64,000 nucleotides of DNA from Gnetum montanum (GCA_015680685.1 MNCI01001519.1:511318-575317); one strand, 5' to 3'. Positions 40,861-54,905 are shown, counted from the stretch's first letter. Notes: generated by a model not told the origin, from the sequence alone. Program-made: numbers and translations.

Positions 40861-40999
40861 AAATCAACAATATTAAGATACCAATGAATTATTTTTCATC
40901 AATTAGGTGTGGTTTACTATATGAATAGTTCAAATTATTGTGGCTTTCTACTTAATCAAATAGTAATCTATAAAGAAAATTAGTTTAGACTCAAGCACC

Positions 41000-42485
41000 T
41001 ATAAAAGTTAAAAAGACTATGGTCATGTTGGATTTATGAAAATGGGATATGATAGGATTTATGGAAAATAAAGATTTAGAGTGTACAATGATATGGAAGA
41101 TTCACTATTACAATTTACAAGTGCCTATGATATTGCAATTGCAAATACTCATTTCAAGAAGAGGAGACAACATTTAATTACACATAAGAGTGGTATGGAT
41201 AAAACACAAATTGATTATTTCTTAGTACACAAGAGACTGGGCCATATGTAAAGACAACAACATCATATCTAGAAAGTGCCTTGCAACTTAACATCAAATA
41301 AAGGTCATCAATTTAGCTATATAGAGCTTTAAAGGTAGCATGAGAAAATGGACTAAATGCATAAAATGGTGGAATTTGAAGAAAGATAACATCATCTTAT
41401 TTAGAGAATGATTACTTCATGAAAGTACTTAGAATTTTGATTGCTCTACAAATTTAATTCGAGTTTAAATGAAAAATTGCATTTAGAAAATTGACAAGAA
41501 CATATTGGGTGAAAAAAAAGGCAAAAAATACATTCCAAAGAAGACATGGTAGTGGAGTGATGAAGTACAATATGCTATTCAACACAAGAAAAAAATGCTT
41601 GAAGGAAAGGCAACAAAGTGGTAAATAGACTAATAGACAAAATGACAAAGAAGGAGGCAACAATAGTAGTAACTAAAGGCAAACATAAAGCCTTGAATAG
41701 ATTTATTGAGAAATTAAGAACAAAGAAAGAAGAAAAATTTATTTATAAATTGGCAAAAATTAGAAACAAGAAATGTAAGGACATTTATCATGTCAAATAC
41801 ATCAAGAAAGCGAATGAAAAAACTTTTTTAAAAGACAATGGCATTTTGAATAGGTGAAATTTATTTTCAAGAATTATTAAATAAAAAATTCCCAAGAAAA
41901 GACATCCAAGAAGAAGAACCAATTTTTTTTTATTTTTTTTGGTTAATGAACTTTCCTTCTTTGAGGTGAACATAGCCTTATCAAAGATGAAAAATGGAAA
42001 AGATGTTGGACCAAATAACATTTCTATAGAAGCTTGGAAAGCATTGGGAGATACAGGAGTTTCTTGTCTGACATAATTATTTAACAAAATTTTAATGGAT
42101 GAGAAAATGTCCAAAAGTTACAAAAAAAGCTTTGTTATTCCCATATACAAAAATAAAGAAGATGTACAAAATTGTACAAGCTATAAAAGGATCAAGCTAA
42201 TGAGCTACACTATGAAGCTTTGGGAGAGAGTCATAAAGCAGTGTCACAAACTTGAATTAGCAATATTAGAAAATTAATTTGAATTTATGCTAGGAAGATC
42301 TAGTATAGATGCTATTTTACTAATACTACAATTAATCGATAAATTTAGAAAGCATAAGAAAATCCTACTTATGATCTTCATTAACTTAGAAAAAGTATAT
42401 GAAAAAGTGTCTAGAGATATTATTTAGTAGGCCTTATAAAGGAAAAAAAATTCCTAATAAATATGTTAAAGTAATTCAAGACATG
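41000..42485 (+). mobile_element. RTE-clade LINE remnant (APE endonuclease C-terminus and RT N-terminus), interrupted by element C
   Basis: IAIANTHFKKR..HLITHKSG..KTQIDYFL; KNGKDVGPNNISIEAWKALG; IPIYKNKEDVQNCTSYKRIKLMSYTMKLWERVI; FINLEKVY; breaks at YVKVIQDM where the LTR begins. Confidence 0.9.
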
Positions 42486-43473
42486 TGATGAGACGTGATT
42501 TGCATGAGCCTCGATATCGCGTACACAATATCGCGGCTGCCGCGATATCGCATCGTCCCCTACGATGTCGCGTATGCGATATCATAGTCCATCCCCAAAT
42601 CTATAAATAAGAGGCGACACTCCCCTTATTTTCCATCCTAGGCTAGAAGTAGGGAAACTCTGGCAGATTGATCACTCCAGAGATAGAATATTTTCCATGT
42701 GCTCGTTGTAGGAGTCCCCAAGTGAATGGATCTTTATTCGAGCAACATTGTACCTGAACGCAAGTTGTGTACGGCAATAAAGACGAGCTTTGTGGATAAA
42801 CCTTGTAATGCATGGAATAGGATTTTATTACTTGTTATTTATTACATGTTATTTCCTACCTGTTATTTATTACCCTGCAGGAGCGCGACATGAGTACGAC
42901 TTGATTATGAGCATTTACAGATGTGTACGGCTAATAAAAGAATCGACTACTCATTGCGATTAGATTCTCTCACCCTCAACTCCTAGAATGTGGAATGAGT
43001 ACGACTTGATTACGGAATCTAGGGATGTGTACGACTAGTTAAGGAATGGATGCTCATTATGCTTAGGCTATTTAAGTGCCTCAGTATGACCACTTCGAGC
43101 ACGTGCATTACGCGTGGTGATCCCAGTAACGATTAGCGTTTGGTAGCCGCGATTGCATAGTTTAAGGTGTGTACGATAAATGGGAATGGATGCTGACACT
43201 AGTTAATTTAGACTTAGTCATTAGTTAGAGTTAGTTAGTTCCTCAACCCTTCACCTTGATAGCATAGGAGAAAAACATAAAAGATATAAAAATCATATAC
43301 CTCAGACTTACTTAACCATACACCATGACAAACACAAGTCTGGGAAGATAACGAATGATTAACCCCAAGTGTTCCATGGGGTGTATAGGCATTTAGTCTA
43401 TGGAGTTCGACCAGATCACGCGTGCTATGCTCATTTCGTATGGTTGAGTGTAGGGGTATCTCGCCACTCATCA
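42486..43473 (+). repeat. 5' LTR of element C (988 bp)
   Basis: 7-bp terminal inverted repeat; TATA box CTATAAATA at 42601; internal ~105-bp duplication (ATGAGTACGACTTGATTA at 42890 and 42994). Confidence 0.92.
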
Positions 43474-43474
43474 T

Positions 43475-43492
43475 TGGCACCGTTGCCGGGGA
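43475..43492 (+). promoter_or_regulatory. PBS, tRNA-Asp type (typical of Athila)
   Basis: TGGCACCGTTGCCGGGGA, 1 nt after the LTR end. Confidence 0.92.
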
Positions 43493-43613
43493 CTAAGTGT
43501 TTGTGTGCCGAATAGAACATAAAGGATATCACTCACATCGTTGTGAGCCGAAACGAACCTTCGGGTTAATCAAGATAAAATAATATAACGGTAAATCTAG
43601 CACACCGATAACA

Positions 43614-46600
43614 ATGCCTTCTTCTCATAAGAGCAACTCACCACCTAAGGACCATACTAGAGACAGTCAGCAACATAAAAGACATAACCAAAATCAGCCA
43701 GTGCCTCAACAATATAAAATGACATATACTCATCTCGATGAGTATATCCCCAACTTTACTTTTATTCTCCATCAAGATGAATAGATGCACTGGAGAGATT
43801 TGCAAGGTAACATTGTGTTACCCTCAGATCGGGCAATCCCTAACATGCTTTTCCGTGCTTTGGCACAGATTGGCATGATAGAATTATATGCTGAATACGT
43901 TGCGGATGATTTTGACATGAGGAATTATTATCCCATAGATGCCCAACGTATGAGGGACTTAAGGTAGGAGAGTTAACATACACTTTTAAAGGGCAAAGGT
44001 CTGCATGTCCTTAGTGAAATAGGAGATGAGGAACCCCTTATAATGGTTTCTTTAGCAAATGATGTTCCCCCTCCTAATGATGATGAGGAGGTTGGGTATC
44101 AGAACCTATGATCAACGATATATAACCATGGTTCTGATGCCCGTGAACACCAACTGTTCATAGAGGGAACAACCACTCATGCTAAGAACAGGCACTTAGA
44201 TCAACACCACGATCGGGACCATAGTAGCCAAAGAGAAGCCAAGACACATCATCATGGCGATGGTTCTCCTTCTTCTTCTCCTTCATCCCATCACTCACCC
44301 TCTCCTTCCACATTTGGGTGCAGCCATCATGAACACAACGAAGAGTATAAAGGTAAGAAAAACAAGAGACCTTGATGGGAAAGTCGAGAGAGAGGACAAG
44401 GGCAAGGACGTAGGGAGAGTAGGGAACAACGTAGACATCACAGGCGTCATGAAAGAGATGATCATGACGAGCCCCTACTCACAACCCAAAGTGTGCTTGA
44501 CATAATGAAGGCAGTTAGGATTCCCACAAGGCATTTAAAAGATAGTCAGATCAAACAATTAGACATGAACAATATCCCACGATTTGAAGAGGGATACAAT
44601 GCTAATCTGCAAAATCATTTACAGGCATTCCACCATGCCTGTGCCTTGCATAATATAGAAAATGAGTGGCAAAAACTTACATTGTTCCCAAGGACACTCA
44701 CCAAGGAAGCAGAGAGCTGGTACCGGTCCTTAGAACCGAAAACCATCAGGAGGTGGATTACGATGCTAGAACTATTCAATGAAAAGTATCAAACGTACTC
44801 CAGAGTTTCCAATTTGTGTAAGCAGATCCAAGGCTGGAAGCAAGGTACTCATGAACCCTTGGATGCTACCATGGCCCGCTACTACACATTGTTACATCAT
44901 TGCCCGGGCCATGGGTACGCTCAATGGGATCAACTTCGCCACATCATGGATGGGCTAAGGCATGAAACTAGAAGAACCCTTGGGACTTATGCCCAAGGGA
45001 GACTCTCACAACTTAGAGCCCATGAAGTACATCGCTTGTTGAAGCAAGTAGCAAAAGAAGAAGGTGAGCTACGAAAAAGGAAAAGTGTGGAAGAATACAA
45101 CCATGATCCCTCTCTTCGATAGAAGGGAGTGAAATTTTGTAATGAAGAGGATGAGTCACCAATCGAAGAGTTGGTGAACAGGAAGACCTTGTCGCTTCAA
45201 AAGCTCACAACAGAAATAGCAGCTAAGGTAGATGACGTATGGAGTTCCTTAGACTCTAAAATTGAAACTATCTTAAAAATTATAGAAGAGTCTAAGGTAG
45301 AACAAAGTAGTGACAAAGGTAATACAAAGTGGAGAGATTTAAGCCTGCACATAACAAGGGTAAGGGAAAAATCATTAACTTCTATGTGGCTATGGACTCT
45401 GACATAGACAATGACGATGGATGTGAGATTTGCCACTATGACCATCCTAAGGGATGTTTCCCCATCATCTCACATCTACAGGAGTTTGGGGTGTATGCGC
45501 TTAATCCAAGACTCAACCAACGGCAAACACCCCAAAGGTTACCTTATCCACAAGGTAACCCAAGGCAGTTCCACCAACCCTTAACATATTATCCAAGTGG
45601 AACTCCACCATAGCCCATCGGACAGCATCAACAATGGTAATACCCATAGTCATGGGGGATGCCACTGCCAACACAACAGTACCCTTACCGGTAGCCTAAT
45701 CCTTATGGTTATTATGTGTAGTAGCCAATTTCCCTAGGTGACTCTATGGGTCACATAAACCCTCTACGTTACTACCCACACTATCCTCCAAATCCATCCG
45801 CATCTCTTGCGCCAGTAGTCCGACCACCAACTGCTCCAACAAAGCCTAGAGTAATCCCACTCAACCACGACAACCCAACACTGCAAGGGCTCCTAATCCT
45901 CAATTCTCAGTTGGTTCTAACAATCATACCCCAAAAAGACCTTTCCATAGGACCAAAAATCCAAAAAAATCCTTGCCTTCACAAGTGGTTGGGCATCTAA
46001 ACACCTCCATACCAAATAAGGTTTCGAAAAACCCTTCGATAGAGAAATCACACCGAATGCGTACAGTTATGTTAACACATACAGTAACTGATTGGATCAA
46101 GGTCGACCACCTTCCAAAGAAATTATCAGATCCGGGAGTTCCCCTAGTTTACCTCCAAGTCACTTGGAAGAAACCCAATAGGGCTCTCCTCGACTCAGGT
46201 TCCGGAGTCAACTTAATCTCACAAGAACTGTATAAAACTTGGAACCTACCTCCACTCAAGAAGAGCAATATTCACTTAGAGTTGGCTGACCAGTCCATCA
46301 CTATTTCTTTGGGATAGGTTGAGGACATTGTTACGATTGTGGGTGGTTGGTCATATCCAGCCGATTTCCTAGTGATCCAAATAAACAATGACAAAGGGGA
46401 TTTCCTAATTATAATGGGAAGGGCATGGCTAAATACAATCGATGCATGCTTAGGAATCCATAATCTTTCCCTAGAAATATCCAAGATAAATACTTTTGGG
46501 AAAATTGAGAGGAAAAGAGTTCCATACATCGCATATAGTGACATAGGGTGTCATTACGTGCAGAAATCATGGGTGATGCGAAGTTTAACATTGCCTACAT

Positions 46601-49600
46601 GCAATCAGTGTGCACAGGATATTGACATACAAAAGTGCCTATATGCAGCATCCACACAACAAGAAAACACCCAGTGGCTGATGGTTGATAAAGAGAACAA
46701 ATTGACAACCTGCATGGAACTAGCTAAGGGAATAACTAGTGCTTACATTGAAAGCACAAACGTATTAGAGCAATTCCATTGCCAACTTCCAGCTCTTAAC
46801 TACGAAAACATTAATTGGAGGAAGTTGGAGATTCCTGAGGAGTTTAAACAAGAGCCCCTAGATTTAAAACCATTGCCCACCGGTTTGAAATACATGACCC
46901 TTAAAAACAGAAAACCGGTAATCATCAATGCAAAGCTCACACCCAAGCAAAAAGAAAGTTTGCTAAAAGTGATAAACAAGTGGTTAACAGCCTTTGCCTA
47001 GTCATACCCTGAACTAACCGGAATAGATCCTAGGATATGCTAGCATAGAATTTACACAAACCCCTCCATGAAACCTCGCAAGAAACCCCAAAGGCAATTA
47101 AACCCAAAGTTAAAACAAATAGTGAAAGAGGAGATAGAGCAGCTTCTCAAGGCTAGGTTCATTTACCCTATTGCTAATAGCAAGTGGGTTGGTCCTCTTG
47201 TAATCGTACCGAAAAAGGAGGTAAATGGAGGGTATGTATAGATTTTAGGCTATTAAATATGGAAACATTCAAAGATCACTTCCCATTGCCATTTGTTGAC
47301 CAAGTCTTAGGCACTATAGCAGAGCATCGCTATTACAGTTTTCTGGATGGGTATAGTGGGTACAACCAAATACGAATCACACCAGAAGACCAAGCCAAAA
47401 CAACATTCACCAGTCCTTGGGGAACATTTGCATACAAAAAAATGCCTTTTGGCTTGTGCAATGCCTGTTCCACATTCCAACAATTAGTTCTAAGCATATT
47501 TCAGCAACAAATAAGTAATGGAGTAGAAGTATTTATGGATGACTTCTCCACTTATGGGACCAACTTTGATCAAGCCCTCAACCGATTAGAGCAAGTATTG
47601 AAACGATGTGTTGAAACCAACCTAAAGCTCAACTGGCAGAAGAGCCATTTGATGGTTGAAGAGGGCATAGTATTGGGGCATAAAATTTCACAATCAAGAA
47701 TAGAGGTAGATCCAGAAAAAATTAAAGTCATCCAAGGAATCACCCGACAACCAGAAACTGTCAAAGACGTTTGGTCATTCCTTGGACACACTGGCTCTTA
47801 CAGGAGATTTATCGAGAACTTCTCCAAAATTGCCAAACTGTTGGTGGAATTAACGAAAAAAGATGCACCATTCGAGTGGACCAGGGAATGTGAACGAACA
47901 TTCCAAACTCTCAAACAGAGGCTTGTGGAAACTCCTATTCTACAAGCCCCTGATTGGTTGAAGTCATTCCATATCATGACCGACGCATCTAATTATGCCT
48001 TAGGAGCCATACTCACACAATTAGATGAACAAAAATGACCATATTACATACACTGTGTCAGTAAGAGTATCACCAGTGCACAACTCAACTACATGACTAC
48101 AGAAAAGGAATTAATGGCTATAGTGTTTTCACTGGACATATTTAGGCACTATGTATTGGGCTACAAGGTATACATCCATACAGATCATAGTGAAATTAGA
48201 TTCCTTATGAACAAGCCAACGTTTAGCCCACGTATCATACGTTGGTTGGTGATTCTTCAAGAGTTCGATTTAACGATAGTAGATCGCAAAGGCACCGAGA
48301 ATGTAGTCACAGATCACCTATCTCGATTGTGTTGGGACAACAAAGAGGATGAATATGCTATATATGACCATTCTCCTAATGAAACCCTCTTTGCCAATGT
48401 AGTAAATGATCAACCCACGGAAATAAATTGGTATAGTAGCATTCTTACTTATCTCATTTCCCAACAGCTATCACAGGGGTTGGACTTTAGGAAGAAACAA
48501 CAGTTTCTTCACAAAACCAAGTACTTCATGGAAATCAAGGGCCAACTCTATAAAGTCTATCCTGATGGCTTGGTTCAATGGTGTGTGCCCGATCAGGATC
48601 AATTAAAAGTTCTTCAGGATGCTCATGAGGGCCCCTGTGGGGGTCATTATGCTGGGAGACAAATGGCTACCAAAGTCTTGCTTGCAGGATACTATTGGCC
48701 AACTCTATTCTGGGACACCCATCATTTCATCCAATACTGTGAACATTGCCAATGAGATGGTGGAATGACTGCTAGAATGGAGGGTCCGCAACAATGGATT
48801 CAACCTTTAGAACCCTTCGATATCTGGGGAATAGATTTTATGGGGCCGATCACACCGATGTCCAATGGAAAAGCATATATTATCATTGCTGTTGATTACT
48901 TAACCAAATGGGATGAAGCAGCTGCAGTAATAGACTGCACACCATCTACAACTGCACGATTTGTACAACAACAAATTGTTAACAGGTTTGGTGTACCGCG
49001 TGCACTCATGTATGATAATGGAACACATTTTACGGTTGAAACCTTTCGCAAACTGATGCAACACTTAGGGGTTGAGCATAAATTGATCACACCTTATCAC
49101 CCCCAAGCTAATGGCCAAGCCGAGGTTACTAACCGAGAGATTACCAGGATATTAACAAGAACAGTTAGCAAATTTAGGCAAGGCTAGAGCACAAAATTGA
49201 ATGACGCTCTCTGGGCATACCACTCTACTTGGAAGCTTCCTACAGGCTATTCTCCCTATGAGTTAGTATATAGGAAACTACCCAAGCTTCCCATACAAAA
49301 TGAGCTCTGTACACTATCCATGGCTTGCGACCTTCACCTAGACCTTGACCTAGCACAAAAACAACGGTTGGAAACTTTGAATGTGCTAGACAAGAACAGA
49401 TTGGTTGCACTATCATTAAATGAGTTGCATAAGGCACACAGTAAACAAGGTCATGACTTCAGAATATGAAGGTTTAGGTACCAACCAGGCAACAAAGTCT
49501 TTTACTAGAATCCCACGCATGTACCTTAGTGTACGAAATTCCAAACATTGTGGGAAGGACCCTATATTATTCATACAACCTTTCCCTCTGGAGCCATGAT

Positions 49601-49700
49601 GATATACAAGCCTGACAGCCTGGATAAAAGATTATTGGTTAATGTACAACAAAAAAAACCTTTCCGTGAACCCGCAATAGCCAGTACAAGTTACACCTCC
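43614..49700 (+). pseudogene. Decayed gag-pol of element C
   Basis: Gag LFPRTLTKEAESWY; protease ALLDSGSGVN; RT FLDGYSGYNQI, MPFGLCNA, FMDD; RH TDASNYALGA; integrase GGHY, WGIDFM, DNGTHF, GQAEVTNRE. In-frame stops throughout. Confidence 0.95.
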
Positions 49701-49804
49701 ACCAACGGGCAACCTCACTCTTTATTTCGGATCTCTCCCTTTCCACTTAGTCATGGGGGAGATGGCCACCTATGCTGATCATATGGGGCCCTTAGTTCTT
49801 TTTC

Positions 49805-50004
49805 AATTTTTGTTTTACACATTTTTGTTTTACAACATTTTTGTCTTACACATTTTTGTTTTACAAATTTCTTTAACTTTTCTAATTTTTTTTTTTTACA
49901 AATTTCTTTAACTTTTCTATTTTTGTTTTACAAATTTCTTTAGCTTTTCTAGTTTTTGTTTTACAACATTGTTATACTTTTTCCATTTGTGTGTGTGTGT
50001 GTGT
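49805..50004 (+). repeat. T-rich tandem repeats (TTTTGTTTTACAAATTTCTTTAACTTTTCTA variants) followed by (GT)n
   Basis: Seen directly, just after the integrase of C. Confidence 0.8.
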
Positions 50005-50612
50005 GATCCACCCTGTAAGTTTGTCACCCCATAAGTGTTCGGAATGATGGTATGAACTGTTTTCATATTGATTGCTAATGTTTGGTTTTTACCTTTAAGT
50101 CATAATGTTGATACTAAGGTATGTTCTTTTGATATGATAGGCAATGAGTTCACTTCATCCATTCATCCACAACACTCTATGGTCTCTCTCGGCTTGGAAA
50201 TGTACAGTCTCCTTCTTAATAAGAACTTAAATGAATCAGTGACTGGGTATTTCTCAAACTAAGGAAGGACTCAAGGATTGCAATGGGTGTAACTTCAAGG
50301 GAAATTGATGCTTTTGTGTTAGCCGTCCTCTTGGGTGCTTGGATGTTTTCTTTTCTTATTGAGTTTTCTTGCAGTTCTGATGTTACCCAACTATCGGAAG
50401 CTGAGACAATAAAAATAAGAAGTCTTTGCATGGTGTGGTTCTCACGGATAAAAAAAAAACACAAAACACAAAAAAAAAGAGTGAGAATTCAAAGCACATC
50501 CCTTAGACGAAATAAACTTGGGCTACAAGCACTGGTTATGGAACTAAAACTGTTTCCTCTAACTAAGGCCCTTCTCTACTTTTGTTGTCATTATCTCCAA
50601 ATCGCGTAAAAA

Positions 50613-53600
50613 ATGACTACATCAACTACTACCATTGACACCACTAGCCTTGAGAACCCTTGGACCATGCAAGTCACGCCTCCCATGGTCGAGCAACGAC
50701 TTAGTTCAGTGCGACCATGCCGCTTCCTTAGGCTACAAAACAAGGAGCCTGAGGGACAGGCTCAGTGTAGGAAAAGCTACAATTTTCTCTGTGCTAAATT
50801 AGCAGCAAACCTGCCTCTGTATCCATAAGAAGTCGAGGAAAAATGAGAGTACGAGTTCATGTACTGCAATAGGAAGGAACTCATTCCTATGCCTAGTACT
50901 CTCATCCCCCTGACAAATCAACAAAAGTGGATCATAGATCAAATGTTGATGGCAAAGACATCGCCAGAACAACTAGAAACCATGTTCCATGATGAAACGC
51001 TTCACAACAGACAAGATGATCTAGAATCTCATTCTGAGGAAGGCAGTCATGCCGATTTCACCATGGCCCCTCCCTCCACAACGTCTCGTGTAAATTCATT
51101 GTTCATGGTCACCATACCTTTGACGTTATCTAACATTGATTGAATCCCGCATTCACCGCATTTACATTTTTTCTCTCCGACTATCTTCCCAGGTGATGGT
51201 CCATCACAGGTTATTCCTCAGCAGGCACAATTACCTAAGTCGCCTCATCGTGTGCCTGCGCCTGTGCCATCGCATGTGCATGCGATACCTGCAATGCCAA
51301 CTACGCTCCCCATTCACATGATAGGGCCTGCCACCACAGCATGGTGGGCTCCGAACATGTCTCTTGTTGCGCGTTCTATGCAAATGCACCACCATCCCCA
51401 CCTTCAAGGCCACATCCCGCAAGTGCTAAACCCAGTTGTAGGACCACTGCCCATGCCCCCGGCTACACAAACAATGTACCCAATAGCGTAGCCGATGGTG
51501 GTTCCCCCATCTACACCAACCACTGGATGGTGGATGCCACAAGCAACACTGCCTGCAAGGACTATCCTGCCAACCATCGGCCAAGTTGTTGCCTCTGTGC
51601 TGCCACCCAATGTGGCTCCCCCTCCTACTGTGCCACAAACAACCCCATCATCCATGGGTTTGGATCAAGCCTTCCAACTCATTCAGACCATTACGAAGGA
51701 GGCCAAGTGCCTCAAGGCTACTAGTTCTGATGTGGTACAAGTCATGGATTTCTACCAGGACGATCCTATTAGTCCAGTCGTCCCAGTCCTATCATTACCG
51801 CCTGGGATGCCCCTTCCTCATTTCACAAAATACAATGGGGAAGGTGATCCCAACGCCCACCTCGTCACTTTCAGGTCAGAGTCCTTATTGCTGCAACAAT
51901 GGCTGCATACCATAATCCATGTCTTTGCTATGTCCTTAACAGGTAAAGCTTTGGATTGGTATCGAGCACTTCCACGCGCTTCCATTTCAACTTTGGAAGA
52001 GCTGTTAACCCAGTTTGTGACTTGCTTCAAATACAACCTGAAGCCAGAAGTCACACTGGACCAGCTCATAGGAGTTAAGCAAGACCCGCTCAAGTCAGTC
52101 CAAAAGTTCATACAGCGATGGAGCGCCACCTTGAACGAAATCCGTTAACCCATCGCGGAGGCCCATCTACTAGCAATCTTCAAGGGAGCAGTCAACGACT
52201 TTATCAAGTCTAAGATGTATTACCTCGCCCCCCATTCCCTCAGCCAAGCCTTTGCTTAGACTAAGAGCATCCAAGACGCGGAGGACGCTACTAAAGATTT
52301 GGCATACGTGGCCTACAAAAATGCCCACAGCAAGGGTAAGGACAAAGGCAAAGTCATGACGACTACAGTCGCGACGATTGCTAAAGGGGCCAAGAAAAAG
52401 AACAACAACGAGAAGAAAACTACCACGGAGCCAGCTGAGCCAACAACCAGCTCAGGTGGCACCAATCAAGAAGCTACTTTTGCCTCTGAAACATCTCCAC
52501 AACCAAGGCTGAAATTTGAGCATTAAGATCGCTCAAATTATGCAACCCTACCTGTGAAGCCTTCAAAACTTCTGAAGCAATTATTCGGAACCAGCCACAT
52601 CTGACACAAGGTAGTGTTCGAGGAGGCTCTGAAACACCACAGGTGCCACTGTGAGCTACTCAAAAATCCCTCCTTAGCCCAACCTAATGAACCACCTGTG
52701 CCCAAGAACTTTAAGCTAAACTGATCCTGCGACTACCATCAATTGTATGGCCATGACATGGACTACTGCTAGGCATTGAAGGATGACATCCAACTTTTGA
52801 TAAATCAAGGTAACTTGATCTTAGATAGCAATAGCCCGACACGCCCAGAAAACCAGGCCATGCATGTGTACAAAGATCCATTGAATACAAACATTGCAGG
52901 GTACACAATCAACGTGGTAGGAGAAAAGGGCGATAATCAGGCATAGCCGAGACAGCCTTTTGTGTTGCGAACGCAACCTCACTCGACCCAAACAACACAT
53001 CCGTCAACGTCGACGAGTGGCACTCCAAGGCATCCTTTCATCCTTCGAACTTCGTCTCAAAATGCTTCCTGACAGCCCACAGTCATTAAAGCCGTGGCCC
53101 AGCCCGCGCCTACACCCAAGGCACCCTTAGTCATCAGAGTGTCAAAACTATCAACCGCCCCTCCTACACAGGGGCAATCTTCTAAGTCAAACCCTCCTAC
53201 TGTCACTATTGATGCGGCCAAGGGCCCTCTTATGCTAGAGTTACCCAAACCTCAACCCCTCGCTTCTGCATCTTTAGCCCCACTTGTCAAAAACAAAGAG
53301 GTTACATGAAAGCAATTATCTCCCCTAGGCCAAAGGAAGCATGACCCTCGGCCAAATGTCACTCCTCCCCTCAAAATTTTCCTCTTAGGGAAAATGGAAG
53401 AGGAAAAGGGTGACAAACACCTGATCATGGGCAAAATCTCTTTGATGCCTTGGCATAAGTCAAACAGGCTCTAAAACAAAAAAATACAACATTGAGCCTT
53501 TATGACTTGCTCATGACATCGCAGGCACATCGTAAGGCTATGGTTTGCATGCTAACATTCATACCTGTGGACGAAATCCTACCGATAGACGAAGAAGTAA

Positions 53601-54266
53601 TCCACTCTATCATGCTTCCCCCCACCACTAAAAAACCAGATCCCACCCCGTTGACCTTTCGTGACGAATCCATTAAGGACAATCCTGAGGGTGAAGTGTG
53701 TAGATGATGGGGCAGCCACTAATGTCATCCCTTATCCCATAGTGGATAAATTAGGCCTGATTGATCAGATCAGTCCTACAACGACGTCATGCCTAAAGTC
53801 GTTCAACGGGGCATGGGTGCAGGTCAAAGGAACCGTCCATATCAACTTTGTGGCAAGGGACCAGTTTCCCACAGATGCTACGTTTATTGTGGTCGAGGAA
53901 ATGCCTGGATTCAATTTGATTATTGGGAGGTCTTGGTTAGTCCAACTGAGAGCAATTTCATCATCCATTCATCAGGAAATCCATTTGCCTTATGCAGGAG
54001 GAGAAGTAGTTATCCGCAGTGATGAAATAACCCCTCAGGCTATAAATAACATAGAGACAGAACAAGGGTCGGAGATCAAAATGCTTGAGAATTAATCCCC
54101 TGTCCACGTACCCGAGCAAGCCGAAACAGTGGCTGATGACAGCCTAACTTGGGCCGAACTATCATTCCCAGAGGAAGATTGTGATGCAAAGGGGAAGGGT
54201 CATAAATCTCCCCATCCTTATGCGTCGTTGAAAATCAAAGCAATTAAGAAACAGTTACAGAGTTAG
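50613..54266 (+). pseudogene. gag: Decayed gag-protease of element D
   Basis: LPHFTKYNGEGDPNAHL, FAMSLTGKALDWY; CDYH..GHD..YC zinc-knuckle-like motif; protease CVDDGAATNVI and FNLIIGRSW; ends IKKQLQS* (TAG at 54264-54266). Confidence 0.92.
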
Positions 54267-54429
54267 CAAGTAAACAATGTTGCCTAACTAATACGATTTC
54301 ATCATCCATTCTATTTACGCTTACCGTTTATACTTCTTATGTTTACGCATGTACGTACAGTCTCATTACACTCATGTTTATCTTTGTGTTTAGCTTTACG
54401 TCTCTATTTTCTTTACTCCTACTACGCAA

Positions 54430-54905
54430 AGGCTCGAAATGGCCTTAAACTAGCAACCTTCTACATTTCGCACTCGAACTACGCAAAGGCCCGAAATGGC
54501 CATAAACTAGCGACTTCATTTACGCATGGCACTTGAATCAGCTACGGCCTGAAATGGCCTTAAACTAGCAATTTCATTTACCCTTTGTATCTAAATCCCA
54601 TTTACGCTTGGAACACAAATTTCATTCACGGCCTGAAACAGCCTTAAACTATCCAGGGCCCGAAATGGCCTTAAACTAGCAATGTCATTTACGCTCGGTA
54701 CTTGAATTTGCTTTACGCTCTATACCAGAAATTCATTTACGCTTGGCACCTTAAACTACTAAAAAAGGCCCGAAACAACCTTAAACTATCCAGGGCCCGA
54801 AACGGCCTTAAACTATACAAGGCCCAAAATGGCCTTAAACTAGCAACATCATCTATGCTTTACATTTGAACAATTTAACAGCCCACAATGGCTTCAAACT
54901 AGTAA
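54430..54905 (+). repeat. Tandem array, about 10 copies of GGCCCGAAATGGCCTTAAACTAGC variants
   Basis: Seen directly; homologous to 27235-27515. Confidence 0.9.

Larger units (their letters stand above)
42486..50515 (+). mobile_element. Element C: Athila-lineage Ty3/gypsy LTR retrotransposon (5' LTR, PBS, gag-pol, start of 3' noncoding region); 3' end not in window
   Basis: LTR TGATGAG..CTCATCA, tRNA-Asp PBS, domain order PR-RT-RH-INT. Predicted TSD is ACATG (42481-42485). Confidence 0.93.
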
